Shown: positions 39,343-49,219 of the stretch, in pieces
Layout: every line of letters starts with the position of its first letter
Position numbering within the stretch: position 1 is the stretch's first letter
Assembly (NCBI GenBank): GCA_030603365.1
Contig: JAUVXV010000013.1
Coordinates: forward strand, 68,330 to 132,329
Direction: 5' to 3'
DNA: 64,000 nt
From: Candidatus Heimdallarchaeota archaeon
Lineage (GTDB): Archaea > Asgardarchaeota > Heimdallarchaeia > Heimdallarchaeales > Heimdallarchaeaceae
Program-made: the position numbers and the translations under genes
Notes under the pieces: model-generated
Told to the model about the DNA's origin: nothing
Databases searched by the model: none
What the model saw: the letters and a program-made list of their open reading frames with translations, nothing else

Positions 39343-40593
39343 ATGAAATTCCAAGATTATAATTTAAACAATCAGATAAAACGCGCATTAGACGAAATGG
39401 GGATTCATACTCCAACTGAGATTCAGAGCATAGCTATTCCTAAACTCCTTAATGGGGGTAGAACACACGTTCTAGCTCAAGCAAAAACAGGAACAGGAAA
39501 AACATTAGCGTTCTCCATCCCTCTTGCTAATCAGATTAACCCTAAACAACAAACCGTTCAGGCTGTTATTTTAGTACCCACTAGAGAATTATGTAAGCAA
39601 GTATACAGTGTTATTGCAAAATTAACTAAATATAGGAGATTGAAAGCTGTAGAGGTTTATGGCGGTGTCTCTCTCGACCGACAAAGACGAGAGATCAAAT
39701 CAGGAGCACAAATTGTTATAGCTACTCCAGGAAGACTTATGGATCTTTACAGAAGAAGAGTAATTTCCTTTAACAATGTGAAATTTGTTGTTCTAGATGA
39801 AGCTGATAGAATGCTTGATATGGGTTTTCTCCCAGATATAAAGTACATTCTCTTTGAAGCAATGAAAGGTGTTTCCCCTCGCTTATTACTTTTTTCAGCA
39901 ACAATGCTTAAGCAGGTTACTAAGGTAGCTCATCAGTTTAGCAATGGTGAAAAACTAGTTGAGATAAATGTAAGTAAAGACGACCTAACAGTAGCGAATT
40001 GTAAGCAGTATTATTATAAAGTCAATAGTAACAAGCAGAAATATTCTACCTTTGTTTCTATACTTAAAAGGGAACGACCTAAATCTTCGATTATCTTTGT
40101 TAATACGAGGAGATGGGGAGACAAACTAAGAAAACAATTATCACAAGAAAAAAATCTTTATCTAAGATTCAGTACATTGCATGGTGATAAAACACAAAAA
40201 CAAAGAGAACTTGTTTTGAGAAATTTCAGACAAAAGAAGATTGATTGTTTGATAGCTACTAATGTTGCAGCAAGAGGACTAGACATCCCACATGTAACAC
40301 ATGTTTTCAATTTTGATTTGCCAAGAGAAGGACCCGAAATATATGTCCATAGGATAGGAAGAACTTCTAGGATGGAAGGTGAAGGAAAGGCTATTTCCCT
40401 TGCTGTTAATGATCAAATGACCATGCTTCGCAAAATAGAAGATTTAACAAAGAGACCAATACAGAGGCTTTATTTCAGCGATAAACCTAAGAAGAGCAAA
40501 CAATCCAAATCAAAAAAATCCAAGCCAAATCAATCCACAAGCTTTCACGAGAATAAAATGAAGAGCCAACTTACCATACACGCAAGTGATTAA
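39343..40593 (+). CDS. DEAD-box RNA helicase, copy 2
   Basis: All helicase motifs present; close paralogue of 23625..24902; MKF start at ATG 39343. Confidence 0.95.
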   Translation: MKFQDYNLNNQIKRALDEMGIHTPTEIQSIAIPKLLNGGRTHVLAQAKTGTGKTLAFSIPLANQINPKQQTVQAVILVPTRELCKQVYSVIAKLTKYRRLKAVEVYGGVSLDRQRREIKSGAQIVIATPGRLMDLYRRRVISFNNVKFVVLDEADRMLDMGFLPDIKYILFEAMKGVSPRLLLFSATMLKQVTKVAHQFSNGEKLVEINVSKDDLTVANCKQYYYKVNSNKQKYSTFVSILKRERPKSSIIFVNTRRWGDKLRKQLSQEKNLYLRFSTLHGDKTQKQRELVLRNFRQKKIDCLIATNVAARGLDIPHVTHVFNFDLPREGPEIYVHRIGRTSRMEGEGKAISLAVNDQMTMLRKIEDLTKRPIQRLYFSDKPKKSKQSKSKKSKPNQSTSFHENKMKSQLTIHASD

Positions 40594-40725
40594 ATTAAGG
40601 GTTACGAAATAAATAATTACCCAATAATTTTTTGGATTTGCATTCAAAAAAAGAGAGAAAAGAAAAAATTTTTTCTTTATTTCTAATATTATTGTTTTGT
40701 AGATTACTGTTAAGAAGTTTCCTTG

Positions 40726-41028
40726 TTAATATTCATCGCTTTCTAGAGTGATCACTTCAATACTTTCTCGATCTTCTTGAAGTTTTTTGGAGAGTTCCAT
40801 ATATTTTGGATCATCACGAAGTTTCTTGACTGTCTCTTCATAGTGTGTTTTATCCTTGTAAAGAGTCAAGAGATACATCTCGCGGCGGTCTTCAACATTT
40901 GTCCCACCACCTAAAACCTGAACCTCATGTTTCTTGTAGATCTTGTTAAACTCTGAAAAGCTTTCGTCATAACCAACATCAGTAGTCTTGTTTCTTGATT
41001 TGTAAAGTTTGTAATACATGGTTGACAT
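40726..41028 (-). CDS. NIPSNAP-like small alpha/beta protein
   Basis: IYKKHEVQVLG...MYLLTLYKD...DDPKY pattern. Confidence 0.6.
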   Translation of the reverse strand: MSTMYYKLYKSRNKTTDVGYDESFSEFNKIYKKHEVQVLGGGTNVEDRREMYLLTLYKDKTHYEETVKKLRDDPKYMELSKKLQEDRESIEVITLESDEY

Positions 41029-41181
41029 AAGATAAGTAGCTTTTTAAAGAAGAGTTTATTACAAAATAATGAACAATGATACTCATAAATGGAACACATA
41101 CGTTTGTCAAATATGCGGATGTAATTGCTTGATGACTGGATAAACATAGATCTTTAAGGTATTATCCATTCTTTAGGCCCA

Positions 41182-41346
41182 ATGAAGGCTTTAATCATTT
41201 ATTTTACTATGCTAGGAAGAACCAAAAAGACAGTGGAAGAAGCAGGGGCAATAATTATTAATCAAGCCAGATTTAAAGGATTTTTCAAACCAAAACTTAC
41301 CAGAGCATTCCTTTTTGGTCAATATATTAACGAACAGTTAATCTGA
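41182..41346 (+). pseudogene. Flavodoxin-like gene with large in-frame internal deletion (54 aa)
   Basis: MKALIIYFTMLGRTKKT (flavodoxin N-terminal phosphate loop) runs directly into VEEAGAIII...RAFLFGQYINE, which resembles a flavodoxin C-terminus. Confidence 0.65.
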
Positions 41347-41377
41347 TAATTTTTTAAATGCTTGAAACCAATTAAGT

Positions 41378-42013
41378 TTGAAATCTATGAAAAATTCAAG
41401 CTGTTTTGTTATAGGATTTAGTGGGATTGTGAGTGCTGGAAAAACAACTTTACTAAAAGAAGTAGCAAAATCAATCGAAGATTCAGTTTCAATGCTCTGG
41501 GACGATTATGATCATCTAGTAAAACTGGAATTTGAAGATCCGAAAAAATGGGTCGCGGATGGGTGTGATACAAATAAATGGAAAACGGTTCAGTTTATAG
41601 AAGATCTGTGTTCTTTGAAAAAGGGAAAATCCATACATCATCCTACAACAAAAGAGAAAATCAATCCTGCAAAATATATCTTAATAGAAGATCCAACAGG
41701 AAGAACACGAACAGAAATGGAAGAATTGATTGATTATTTGATATTCATTGATCTCCCCCATGAAATTTCTCTAGCTAGATCCTATAATAGAGAACTGAGT
41801 AATAAACAAAAATGGCAAAATACAGAGGATTTAGTTAATTTTCTGAAATTCTACACGAAAAGGTATTTAGACTGGTTCTACTCTGCCCTTAAGATTATTG
41901 AGAAGAGACTTCGAGAAGATGCTGATTTGATTGTTGATGGATCGAAAACCACAAATGAACAAGCAGAAATTGTGATATCAAGAATTCTTAACTATGTATC
42001 ATTAACTCAATAA
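41378..42013 (+). CDS. Uridine kinase-like P-loop kinase
   Basis: IGFSGIVSAGKTT, DDY, ILIED, IDYLIFID, ADLIVDG. Confidence 0.8.
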   Translation: MKSMKNSSCFVIGFSGIVSAGKTTLLKEVAKSIEDSVSMLWDDYDHLVKLEFEDPKKWVADGCDTNKWKTVQFIEDLCSLKKGKSIHHPTTKEKINPAKYILIEDPTGRTRTEMEELIDYLIFIDLPHEISLARSYNRELSNKQKWQNTEDLVNFLKFYTKRYLDWFYSALKIIEKRLREDADLIVDGSKTTNEQAEIVISRILNYVSLTQ

Positions 42014-42087
42014 TTCTTATAAGTGCCTCTAGGTATATTTTGTAAATCGAGAGCTGTAACTTATACTAGAAAAGAAGTGATAGTAGA

Positions 42088-42396
42088 ATGACAAAAATAA
42101 AAGTCACGGTATTAAAGAAATTTAATCCAAAGGATGTTTTTGGGCATGAAATTACATATCCTAGAGGAGAAATTGTACCTACCTGTTATGTTTTTGAAGA
42201 AGGGGAAGAATTCATCATAGAAAATTTAGAGAAACCAGAAAAATTCTGTGGGTGGGGATGGAAAACAGTACTGGAAGATGTAGAGATTTTAGATTCGGGT
42301 AAAGATGTTTCATGGACTCCTCTAGGAATAATTTATTCTAGTTGCACAGATGGGGCAAGACCTGTTTGTTTTAAACTAGAAAGGATAAGTGAATAG
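42088..42396 (+). CDS. TIGR04076-family Cys-containing protein, copy 1
   Basis: KIKVTV, FCGWGW, CTDGARPVCFKLERI. Confidence 0.85.
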   Translation: MTKIKVTVLKKFNPKDVFGHEITYPRGEIVPTCYVFEEGEEFIIENLEKPEKFCGWGWKTVLEDVEILDSGKDVSWTPLGIIYSSCTDGARPVCFKLERISE

Positions 42397-42720
42397 GTGA
42401 TAAGAATGAGAAATAAAGTAAAAATAACAGTAGTTAAGCAGTTCTTACCAAAAGATATCTTCGGACATGATTATACTCTTGTCTCTGGGAAAACTGTAAC
42501 AAATTGTTCACTCAAGGCGGGAAATGAATTTATTTCTGATGGAACAGGAAACAAACCTGAAGGATTTTGTCCTCATGCTTGGAATAGTATTTTCAAGAAT
42601 GTTCATCTCCTAACATGGGGTGGAGGATATCCTGAAACCATCGGGGAAAGTCTATCTTTTGGTGTTTGTCCCGATGGATTGAGACCAGTAATCTTTAAAC
42701 TAGAGAGAATAGAAGAATAG
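42397..42720 (+). CDS. TIGR04076-family protein, copy 2
   Basis: KPEGFCPHAW and CPDGLRPVIFKLERIE. Confidence 0.85.
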   Translation: MIRMRNKVKITVVKQFLPKDIFGHDYTLVSGKTVTNCSLKAGNEFISDGTGNKPEGFCPHAWNSIFKNVHLLTWGGGYPETIGESLSFGVCPDGLRPVIFKLERIEE

Positions 42721-42726
42721 TAGAAA

Positions 42727-43260
42727 CTACAATTTAGAAAATATAAATTGCTTCTTGCCTTTGATTTTTAATTTAAATAGATCAATTCCAGTTATTGTAG
42801 AGAGTATTTTATCATCAGAATGAATATCCTTTACACAAAGAATCCCTTCAGGTTTCAAAATTCTGTATAATTCTACTAGTTGTTTTTGGGGTGTAAGTAA
42901 GCTTTCTAGCAAATCATAGAAGAGAACAACATCCACACTCTCATCATTTAAGCCTGTGTTACAATCAGAGTGAATAAATTCTATGTTGGTTATCATCTCT
43001 TTTTGAGCTTTTTTCTTAGTACGCTTTAATGCAAGAGGATGAATATCTAAAGCATATACCTTTCCTTTTTCACCTACTATTTTAGCTGTTGGAATTGAGA
43101 AACTACCTAGACCACAACCATAATCTAAAACAATATCCCCTGGTTGAATACCAATTTCTTCTACAACTTTATCTAGATTTACTAAAATATCTCTGATTGC
43201 TATCATAAACGATAAAACTCGGAAAAGAGAATTACTTACCAATTCGACCATTTTACTCAC
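42727..43260 (-). CDS. Class I SAM-dependent methyltransferase
   Basis: VLDYGCGLG, VYALDI, RILKPEG. Confidence 0.92.
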   Translation of the reverse strand: MSKMVELVSNSLFRVLSFMIAIRDILVNLDKVVEEIGIQPGDIVLDYGCGLGSFSIPTAKIVGEKGKVYALDIHPLALKRTKKKAQKEMITNIEFIHSDCNTGLNDESVDVVLFYDLLESLLTPQKQLVELYRILKPEGILCVKDIHSDDKILSTITGIDLFKLKIKGKKQFIFSKL

Positions 43261-43346
43261 TTAATTTTTCTTTAACACAAGTGTATCTGTTTATTAATTA
43301 ATGTATTACCTTTCAGGGGCATATAGTGTCTCTTTAAACAACCACT

Positions 43347-43391
43347 GATGGAATAAGACCAGTAATCTTTAAACTCGAGAGAATTGAGTAG
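43347..43391 (+). pseudogene. 3' remnant of a third TIGR04076 paralogue
   Basis: Encodes DGIRPVIFKLERIE*; 20 bp identical to 42682-42701. Confidence 0.75.
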
Positions 43392-43401
43392 TAGTAGCTA
43401 A

Positions 43402-43938
43402 CTAAATCATTTTAGGTGAAAACCAGGGGTGTGATCCAAACTGATTTCTCTTAACAGTTTCTCCTGTAGTAATATAGTATTCAAAACCTCTTACAACAGA
43501 ATTCAAGTATTTTTTCATTTTTGGTTTCAAGTAAAGAAAGTGGGGTATCCATCTGAATATTATTGATATTTCTTGGAGATAAGGTGTTTTTAGTGAAATT
43601 TTTAATATTGCTTGCTCTCCTTCTCCAACTTTTTTAGACTCCTTAATTTCCCATTGAACCTCTGTTTTTCTTCCTTCCTTTCTGCCAATCATCAATTTAT
43701 ATCCTTTTTCTATTCTCCATTCAAAGAAATTTCTTTCAAATTCCCAACCACTATAGTAGATAATAGTATCTTCTGAATCTTTACCAGGCCATTTCTTAAC
43801 TATATTTTCTTTACAAAATGGGTGACAGAGGTTTAAATTACCAGGTTGTGATATGATCTCCCAAACCTTGGCAACTGATGTATCTATAAGAATTGAATTA
43901 CTAACAATCCACCTAAATTTCAAACTCATGATATTCAA
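43402..43938 (-). CDS. SRPBCC/START-like family protein
   Basis: SILIDTSVAKVWEIIS and C-terminal helix GFEYYITTGE. Confidence 0.75.
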   Translation of the reverse strand: MNIMSLKFRWIVSNSILIDTSVAKVWEIISQPGNLNLCHPFCKENIVKKWPGKDSEDTIIYYSGWEFERNFFEWRIEKGYKLMIGRKEGRKTEVQWEIKESKKVGEGEQAILKISLKTPYLQEISIIFRWIPHFLYLKPKMKKYLNSVVRGFEYYITTGETVKRNQFGSHPWFSPKMI

Positions 43939-44207
43939 TCCATTTTAAAAATCCAATTTATAAGTCTAGCACCTTCCATCTGTAAATCTCTTTTAAGAGC
44001 ATCACATATTAGACTGGAACTAGAAAATACGCTATCTTCTAATAAGGTGTCTTCTTGGATGAACGACCTTACTAGAAAGAGGAAGGCTTTGCAGTAAAAT
44101 GAAAAGATAAAATTAGTAAAAATAAGAGTTATTTCTTCTAGATTATCAGAATAATCTTCAATACTTTGGCTTGAAAGATTTATATATTGAAGATATATGA
44201 CCATTGT

Positions 44208-45098
44208 ATGAACAATAATTGGATAAAGAAGTATCAGATTTTATGGTTTGTTATTGTTTCCTACCTTCTTGCTTGTATTGTAACTATTATACATAATGTG
44301 ATTCATATTCCGTTTTTTAGTTTAGATAATGTGTCAACTGCCAATGTAATCCTATAGCTAGTGTATATATTTAGTCCTACAATTTCTGCATTCTTGGTTG
44401 TTTCTCTCGCAGAAGGAAAAGAGGGTGTACTCAAAATACTCAGGGGATATATAAGGTGGAAAGTCCACTGGGTATGGTATTTAGCTGCTGCAATTTTATT
44501 ACTAGCTCCTCTTGCAGTGGGTTTGGTGGTTTTCCTTATAGGAGCATCACCAGGCTCAAGTGTTAGCTTGACTGTTGGCAATGTATTCTATCTTATTGGA
44601 TACGGATTATTAGCTGGACCCATTTCAGAAGAAGGAGGTTGGCGGGGTCTTATGTTACCAAAACTAGAATCCAAATACAATGCATTGATTTCCGGTCTTA
44701 TACTAGGACCAATATGGTTTGCATGGCATATTCCATTCTATTTTATAGAAGGAAGTAATCAATGGGAATCACTTCAAAATGGAGTGGGACCTGCAGTATT
44801 TTCCATTAGTATCTATTTTGTGTTAGTAATGGTAGTAACACAAATTTTGACTTTCCTTTATAATAACTCCAAAGGTAGCCTGATAATAACAATTTTGGCA
44901 CACTTCAGTTTCAATTTCAGCAGTGTTCTTGTTCTTGATATGTTGGGTTTACTTAATCAAACTACATTTGATATCTCTGGTAGTGTTCTGGGAGTGTTAT
45001 ATTTAGCATTAATTTTCATTGTTTATGGATACAAAAAGATGTCTCGCAAAGATGAGGAGGATTTACCATTTCAAAAGGTAACCAATTCAGAAAACTAA
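44208..45098 (+). pseudogene. CPBP (Abi/CAAX) intramembrane metalloprotease with in-frame TAG at 44355-44357
   Basis: EEGGWRG, WFAWH and AHFSFN motifs. The upstream in-frame segment MNNNWIKKYQILWFVIVSY is a typical family N-terminus. Confidence 0.8.
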
Positions 45099-45209
45099 AG
45101 TATACTTTCCCAAATCCCTAGAAATAGGGGACTTTTTTCTTTACTTTTTCAATCATTTCTTCTGGGATTTTTGGAAAAGACTTAAACATTTTGACAGAAT
45201 AGTTTAACT

Positions 45210-45590
45210 ATGACTGATTGGGATTATACTACTGATGTACTGATAGTAGGATCAGGTGGAGGGGGAATGACTGCTGCCCTTGTGGCAAAAAAAGCAGGTT
45301 TAGATGTTATTATTATTGAGAAAACAGAGTATTATGGTGGTTCTACTGCTCTCTCCGGAGGAGGTGTTTGGATACCCAATAACTATCTTCTAGAGAAGAA
45401 AGGTGTTGATGATTCAATTGAAAAAGCTAGAACTTACATGGATAATACTGTTGGAGATCGTGTTCCTTCAGAATTCAAAGAAGCTTATTTAGTTAATGCT
45501 CCTAAAATGATTGATTGGTTGAGGGAAAATACTAAAGTCAAATTTCCTTTTCTTCAAACTATTCCAGATAACACAGAAATCTGTACTTGA
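45210..45590 (+). pseudogene. Truncated duplicate of the KstD-like dehydrogenase (N-terminal ~112 aa)
   Basis: Nearly identical protein sequence to 49220 onward up to WLRENTKVKF, then unrelated sequence and a stop. Confidence 0.88.
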
Positions 45591-45618
45591 ATGAATGTTT
45601 CATTTCATCATAAAACTA

Positions 45619-47475
45619 TTAGATAATATCTTGTTTTTGAATAAATTCATTCCACTGAAGTAACTGACTATATAGTTTTGATTGTTGTTGATTGATTTTC
45701 TCTGCAAGTTGAACTAATCCTTCTTCATCAGCCATGTCTCTCGCTTCTTCGATAAGTATTTTAGCTTTCTTTAGGTCTACATCAGCTAAAGAATAGATGG
45801 TTTTTAACCAGATAGTATTAAGTCTAATATTCTTCACTTCTAATCTTAGAATATATGATAATGTTTTTTGCTTGTTAGCTATTTCCTCTAATTTGTCTGT
45901 ATATTTTTCAAGCTCATTCATTACTTCATTTTCCCCTGAAATGCTGAATTCATTCATTAACAGTTCACAAAGATTGATTAGTGCAATTATGATTAACTCT
46001 TGATCAATAATTTTTCCTTCCCATATATCTTCTACCACTTCTTCCAGTATATTTAAGGCTTGAATCCAATTCTTTGGACGTGAGCTAGCTTTCAGAATTA
46101 TCGCTTTCGCAGCTTGATAATACTTACTGTTAAGTTTTGAAGGATATTTACCATCTATCTCTTCTAATTCCCCCAAATATTGATAACTCATTTCTTCTTG
46201 GTTTTTATCTACTAATAATTGAATCAAATGAAAAAGCACTTGAATTACAAAGATTCTAAATCCTGGAAATTTTTTAGCTGAATTAAGACTTTTTGTAAAA
46301 TAATCCAAAGAAAGATAGTACTCTCCTTGAATTTGGTAAATCTTACCCATAATAAAGAAATTCATCATGTAATACCATTCATTTGTGAAATCACTATAGT
46401 TTTCCATATTTTCTTGACATATTCTTAAGGCTTGATTATATTGTCCAGCAACAAGAAGACACCTAGCTAAAAGTGATTTATGTTGCCAGGTTCGACTTCT
46501 ATTTCCAATCTTTGAGAATATTGCAATTGCTTGTTGTCTTAATTCAATTGCTCTGTCTATACTCCCTTCATACTGGTTTATAATGCTCTCTGACTCTAAA
46601 AGTTCTCCCTTATCGATTGGGTTTAAAGCTTCTTTTCTAAGTCTAGGTATTATTCTTTTCCAAGTTGATATTGCCTTACTTATTTCTCCTTGACCAAAAT
46701 TAATGTGAGCTTTCAAATGTTCCAGCCATTCATATTTTGTAGTAAACCTCTTTTGTTTCTTTGTTATTTCTTCTGCTTCATCTATGAATTTCTTAACTAC
46801 ATCATATCTGTCTACGATCTGTGCAATAAAAGTTCCTTTGATGCAAGTATTTGCTATTAGAAAATCGTTTTTTATCTCTTTTGATAATTCATACATTTTT
46901 AAGAAAAATTCTAAATTCTGTTGAGCATTACCCTTATTCCCAAGTGTTTCAGTTTTAAGATTATAGCTCGCGTAAAGAAAATATGCATCATTTAATTTTT
47001 TAGCAAGTTCTAGACATTGTTCAGATATTTCTTCAGCTATGTTGAAATTACCTTTGAAAATATGATTCATCCCTTTATATACTAGAAACCAAGCTTCTCT
47101 TAAAATAAATGCATTGTTGGATGTTTTGAGCTCTTTAATAAAATCTAAACCTTTTTCAGAGTTTTTGATTCCTTCATCATAAAACCCAAATTCAGTGTAA
47201 TATGTGCTCTTTAGAAACAAAGCATCAAGCCAAATTAGCTTATTTTCAGCTTTTTCGCACTCTGGTAAAATCTTTTCTAAAATATCTAAACCTTCTCCCC
47301 ATTTGTTGGTGTCAAATAAAAGCTTAATCTTAAGCAGTTTAGCTCTAAGTGATTCTTCTTTTGTAATACCGTTTGATTTCTCGAATTTCGTAAGTTTTGA
47401 CCTTGCCTCATCTATTTTTAAGTGTCTTAGTAGATCCTCGATTTCGAGTAGAATAGTATTTTTACCACCTAACAT
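45619..47475 (-). CDS. TPR-repeat protein (same superfamily as 26555 and 29262, no C-terminal alpha/beta domain)
   Basis: Repeated TPR helices; LINLCELL and IEEARDMADEEGL match the other TPR copies. Confidence 0.82.
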   Translation of the reverse strand: MLGGKNTILLEIEDLLRHLKIDEARSKLTKFEKSNGITKEESLRAKLLKIKLLFDTNKWGEGLDILEKILPECEKAENKLIWLDALFLKSTYYTEFGFYDEGIKNSEKGLDFIKELKTSNNAFILREAWFLVYKGMNHIFKGNFNIAEEISEQCLELAKKLNDAYFLYASYNLKTETLGNKGNAQQNLEFFLKMYELSKEIKNDFLIANTCIKGTFIAQIVDRYDVVKKFIDEAEEITKKQKRFTTKYEWLEHLKAHINFGQGEISKAISTWKRIIPRLRKEALNPIDKGELLESESIINQYEGSIDRAIELRQQAIAIFSKIGNRSRTWQHKSLLARCLLVAGQYNQALRICQENMENYSDFTNEWYYMMNFFIMGKIYQIQGEYYLSLDYFTKSLNSAKKFPGFRIFVIQVLFHLIQLLVDKNQEEMSYQYLGELEEIDGKYPSKLNSKYYQAAKAIILKASSRPKNWIQALNILEEVVEDIWEGKIIDQELIIIALINLCELLMNEFSISGENEVMNELEKYTDKLEEIANKQKTLSYILRLEVKNIRLNTIWLKTIYSLADVDLKKAKILIEEARDMADEEGLVQLAEKINQQQSKLYSQLLQWNEFIQKQDII

Positions 47476-47532
47476 TCAGAATATAACTTATCTTTACTAC
47501 TCTTAAATCTTATTACAAAAGGAAGATTGCTT

Positions 47533-48153
47533 CTATTCTGCGACTTTTTCTATCTTCTTGATTTCTTTTTCTTTCACTTTTGCTTCTTTTTCTAATTTCT
47601 CCACTTTTGCTTCAAAAATATCTAGTTTCCTCTCTCTAGTGGAGGATCTTTCTCTGCTTGCTAATTCTGCTTCTATAAGGTAAAGAAGTGTCTGTTGTTG
47701 ATTCGATTCATATCCTGCGTCAAGGATACTACTAACATCTTCTTTCAGCATTGTTAAAAGTTCCTTTGTTGATAAATTATCTGAGGAATGTAAATAATCT
47801 ATATTGATTGTTTTTATAATAAGGTTGAATATGTGAAATTTCAGTGTTGAATTATTAGCTGAAATCTTCTGAAATTCTGCAATTGTCCTCTCCAATTCCC
47901 GTGATCCCAATAAAGCTATTTCATTTGGTGTAATCTTAGTCCAACTAAAAGCATCATACTCTGGTAAATCTAAATCTTCAAGTATTTTTTTTTGTTCAGG
48001 GGATAGATCTCTACCTTCTTGAAGTGCTTTCACTTTTTCTTCCAATTCTTTCATTTTCTTCTTTTTACGTTCATAGTATGCTTTTTGTCTAGCATATTTA
48101 TCTTCCTTAGGGTACTTTCTTGGTCTTCCACCCTTACTCTTTTCTTCAGGCAT
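47533..48153 (-). CDS. AT-hook + basic-region/coiled-coil (bZIP-like) putative DNA-binding protein
   Basis: MPEEKSKGGRPRKYPKEDKYARQKAYYERKKKKMKELEEKVKALQE; second coiled coil at the C-terminus. Confidence 0.7.
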   Translation of the reverse strand: MPEEKSKGGRPRKYPKEDKYARQKAYYERKKKKMKELEEKVKALQEGRDLSPEQKKILEDLDLPEYDAFSWTKITPNEIALLGSRELERTIAEFQKISANNSTLKFHIFNLIIKTINIDYLHSSDNLSTKELLTMLKEDVSSILDAGYESNQQQTLLYLIEAELASRERSSTRERKLDIFEAKVEKLEKEAKVKEKEIKKIEKVAE

Positions 48154-48244
48154 TATTTTACACATGGTAATACTCTCACAGGTTATTTTAAACTTTTTGT
48201 ATTTATACATAACCTTTAAATATTAGAATGAAAATAATAATGTA

Positions 48245-48267
48245 ATTTGTAATGTAATATTACAAAT
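48245..48267. promoter_or_regulatory. Nested palindromes in a divergent promoter
   Basis: atttgtaat-N5-attacaaat (48245-48267) containing tgtaatattaca (48253-48264). Confidence 0.5.
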
Positions 48268-48361
48268 CAGAGGTAAAAATGGAATTAAAATAAAAAAATA
48301 GAAGGAATAAATTTCATTAAAAATTATCTCTTAATAAAAATGGATAAAGGAAGGATATAGG

Positions 48362-48895
48362 ATGAGGAAAAAAATAATACCTTTGATCTTAGTAATATCC
48401 TTTATGACATTAGTATTAACTACAGCAGCCGTAAGTGCTAAAAATTACCCTATCGGAACAATGGAGTTACAGTTTAACTTAGCTTGGCCTGGACCACAAG
48501 ACGAAATACCTGATTGGATAGGAACTATTACCATCGATGGTGTAGAATATGGTATGGCATTCTTTGCAATAGGGTCAGGAAAACCATTTGTAACTGATCC
48601 TAGTACAAGTGTACATTTCTTCGAGGAAATTTATGTTATCTACTTTGAACTCTATTTCACATTTAATGAAGATGGAACCTTAGGTGACTTCGAGCCAGGT
48701 GATATAGCTCTCTGGGGTTATGACGTTGGACTAACTAATATGATAAACAGCAAGTATCATATGACTGGCAATGTTGAAGAAGCATATGGGATCTTTGAAC
48801 CGTGGATTGGCCGTAATGTGTTCCTGAGTGGGATTATCGAGTGGTATCCATTCGGAGCTCCTCAATACGCTCCTGGAACATTCAGAATAAACTAA
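48362..48895 (+). CDS. Secreted hypothetical protein
   Basis: Signal peptide MRKKIIPLILVISF...VSA; beta-rich and acidic. Confidence 0.8.
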   Translation: MRKKIIPLILVISFMTLVLTTAAVSAKNYPIGTMELQFNLAWPGPQDEIPDWIGTITIDGVEYGMAFFAIGSGKPFVTDPSTSVHFFEEIYVIYFELYFTFNEDGTLGDFEPGDIALWGYDVGLTNMINSKYHMTGNVEEAYGIFEPWIGRNVFLSGIIEWYPFGAPQYAPGTFRIN

Positions 48896-48920
48896 TGTCT
48901 AAAGAATAAACTACCAAAAT

Positions 48921-48955
48921 TCTCTTGGATAATACCAAGAGATTCTCTTTTTTTT
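48921..48955 (+). terminator. Hairpin + poly-T
   Basis: tctcttgg-ataata-ccaagaga followed by a T run. Confidence 0.6.
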
Positions 48956-49219
48956 CTCCTAGAAACTGAGCCTTTTGTTTTTGATCTCTGAATTACATAT
49001 AAACAGAAATTTGCTTTTCATTGGAGAGGTGAGTCATAGTTGAAGATTATCTATTTAGATCTCGTTATCAAGGTGTTTAGTTTGCAGATTCAAGGAATCA
49101 TAAAATATTCTTCAAGCATATGTTTCGTCTTCTTCTTAAATTAAGATTCATAATCTTTTGTAGATAAATTCGCAAAAGAATTTCCAAGAAACTTAATAAG
49201 TATCAAAATATCTATTCTT

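Noticed and set aside
43935-44204. 89 aa minus-strand ORF and other antisense ORFs (e.g. 13496, 15188, 23840, 44303, 47204)
   Set aside because: No motifs; most are antisense shadows of well-supported genes.
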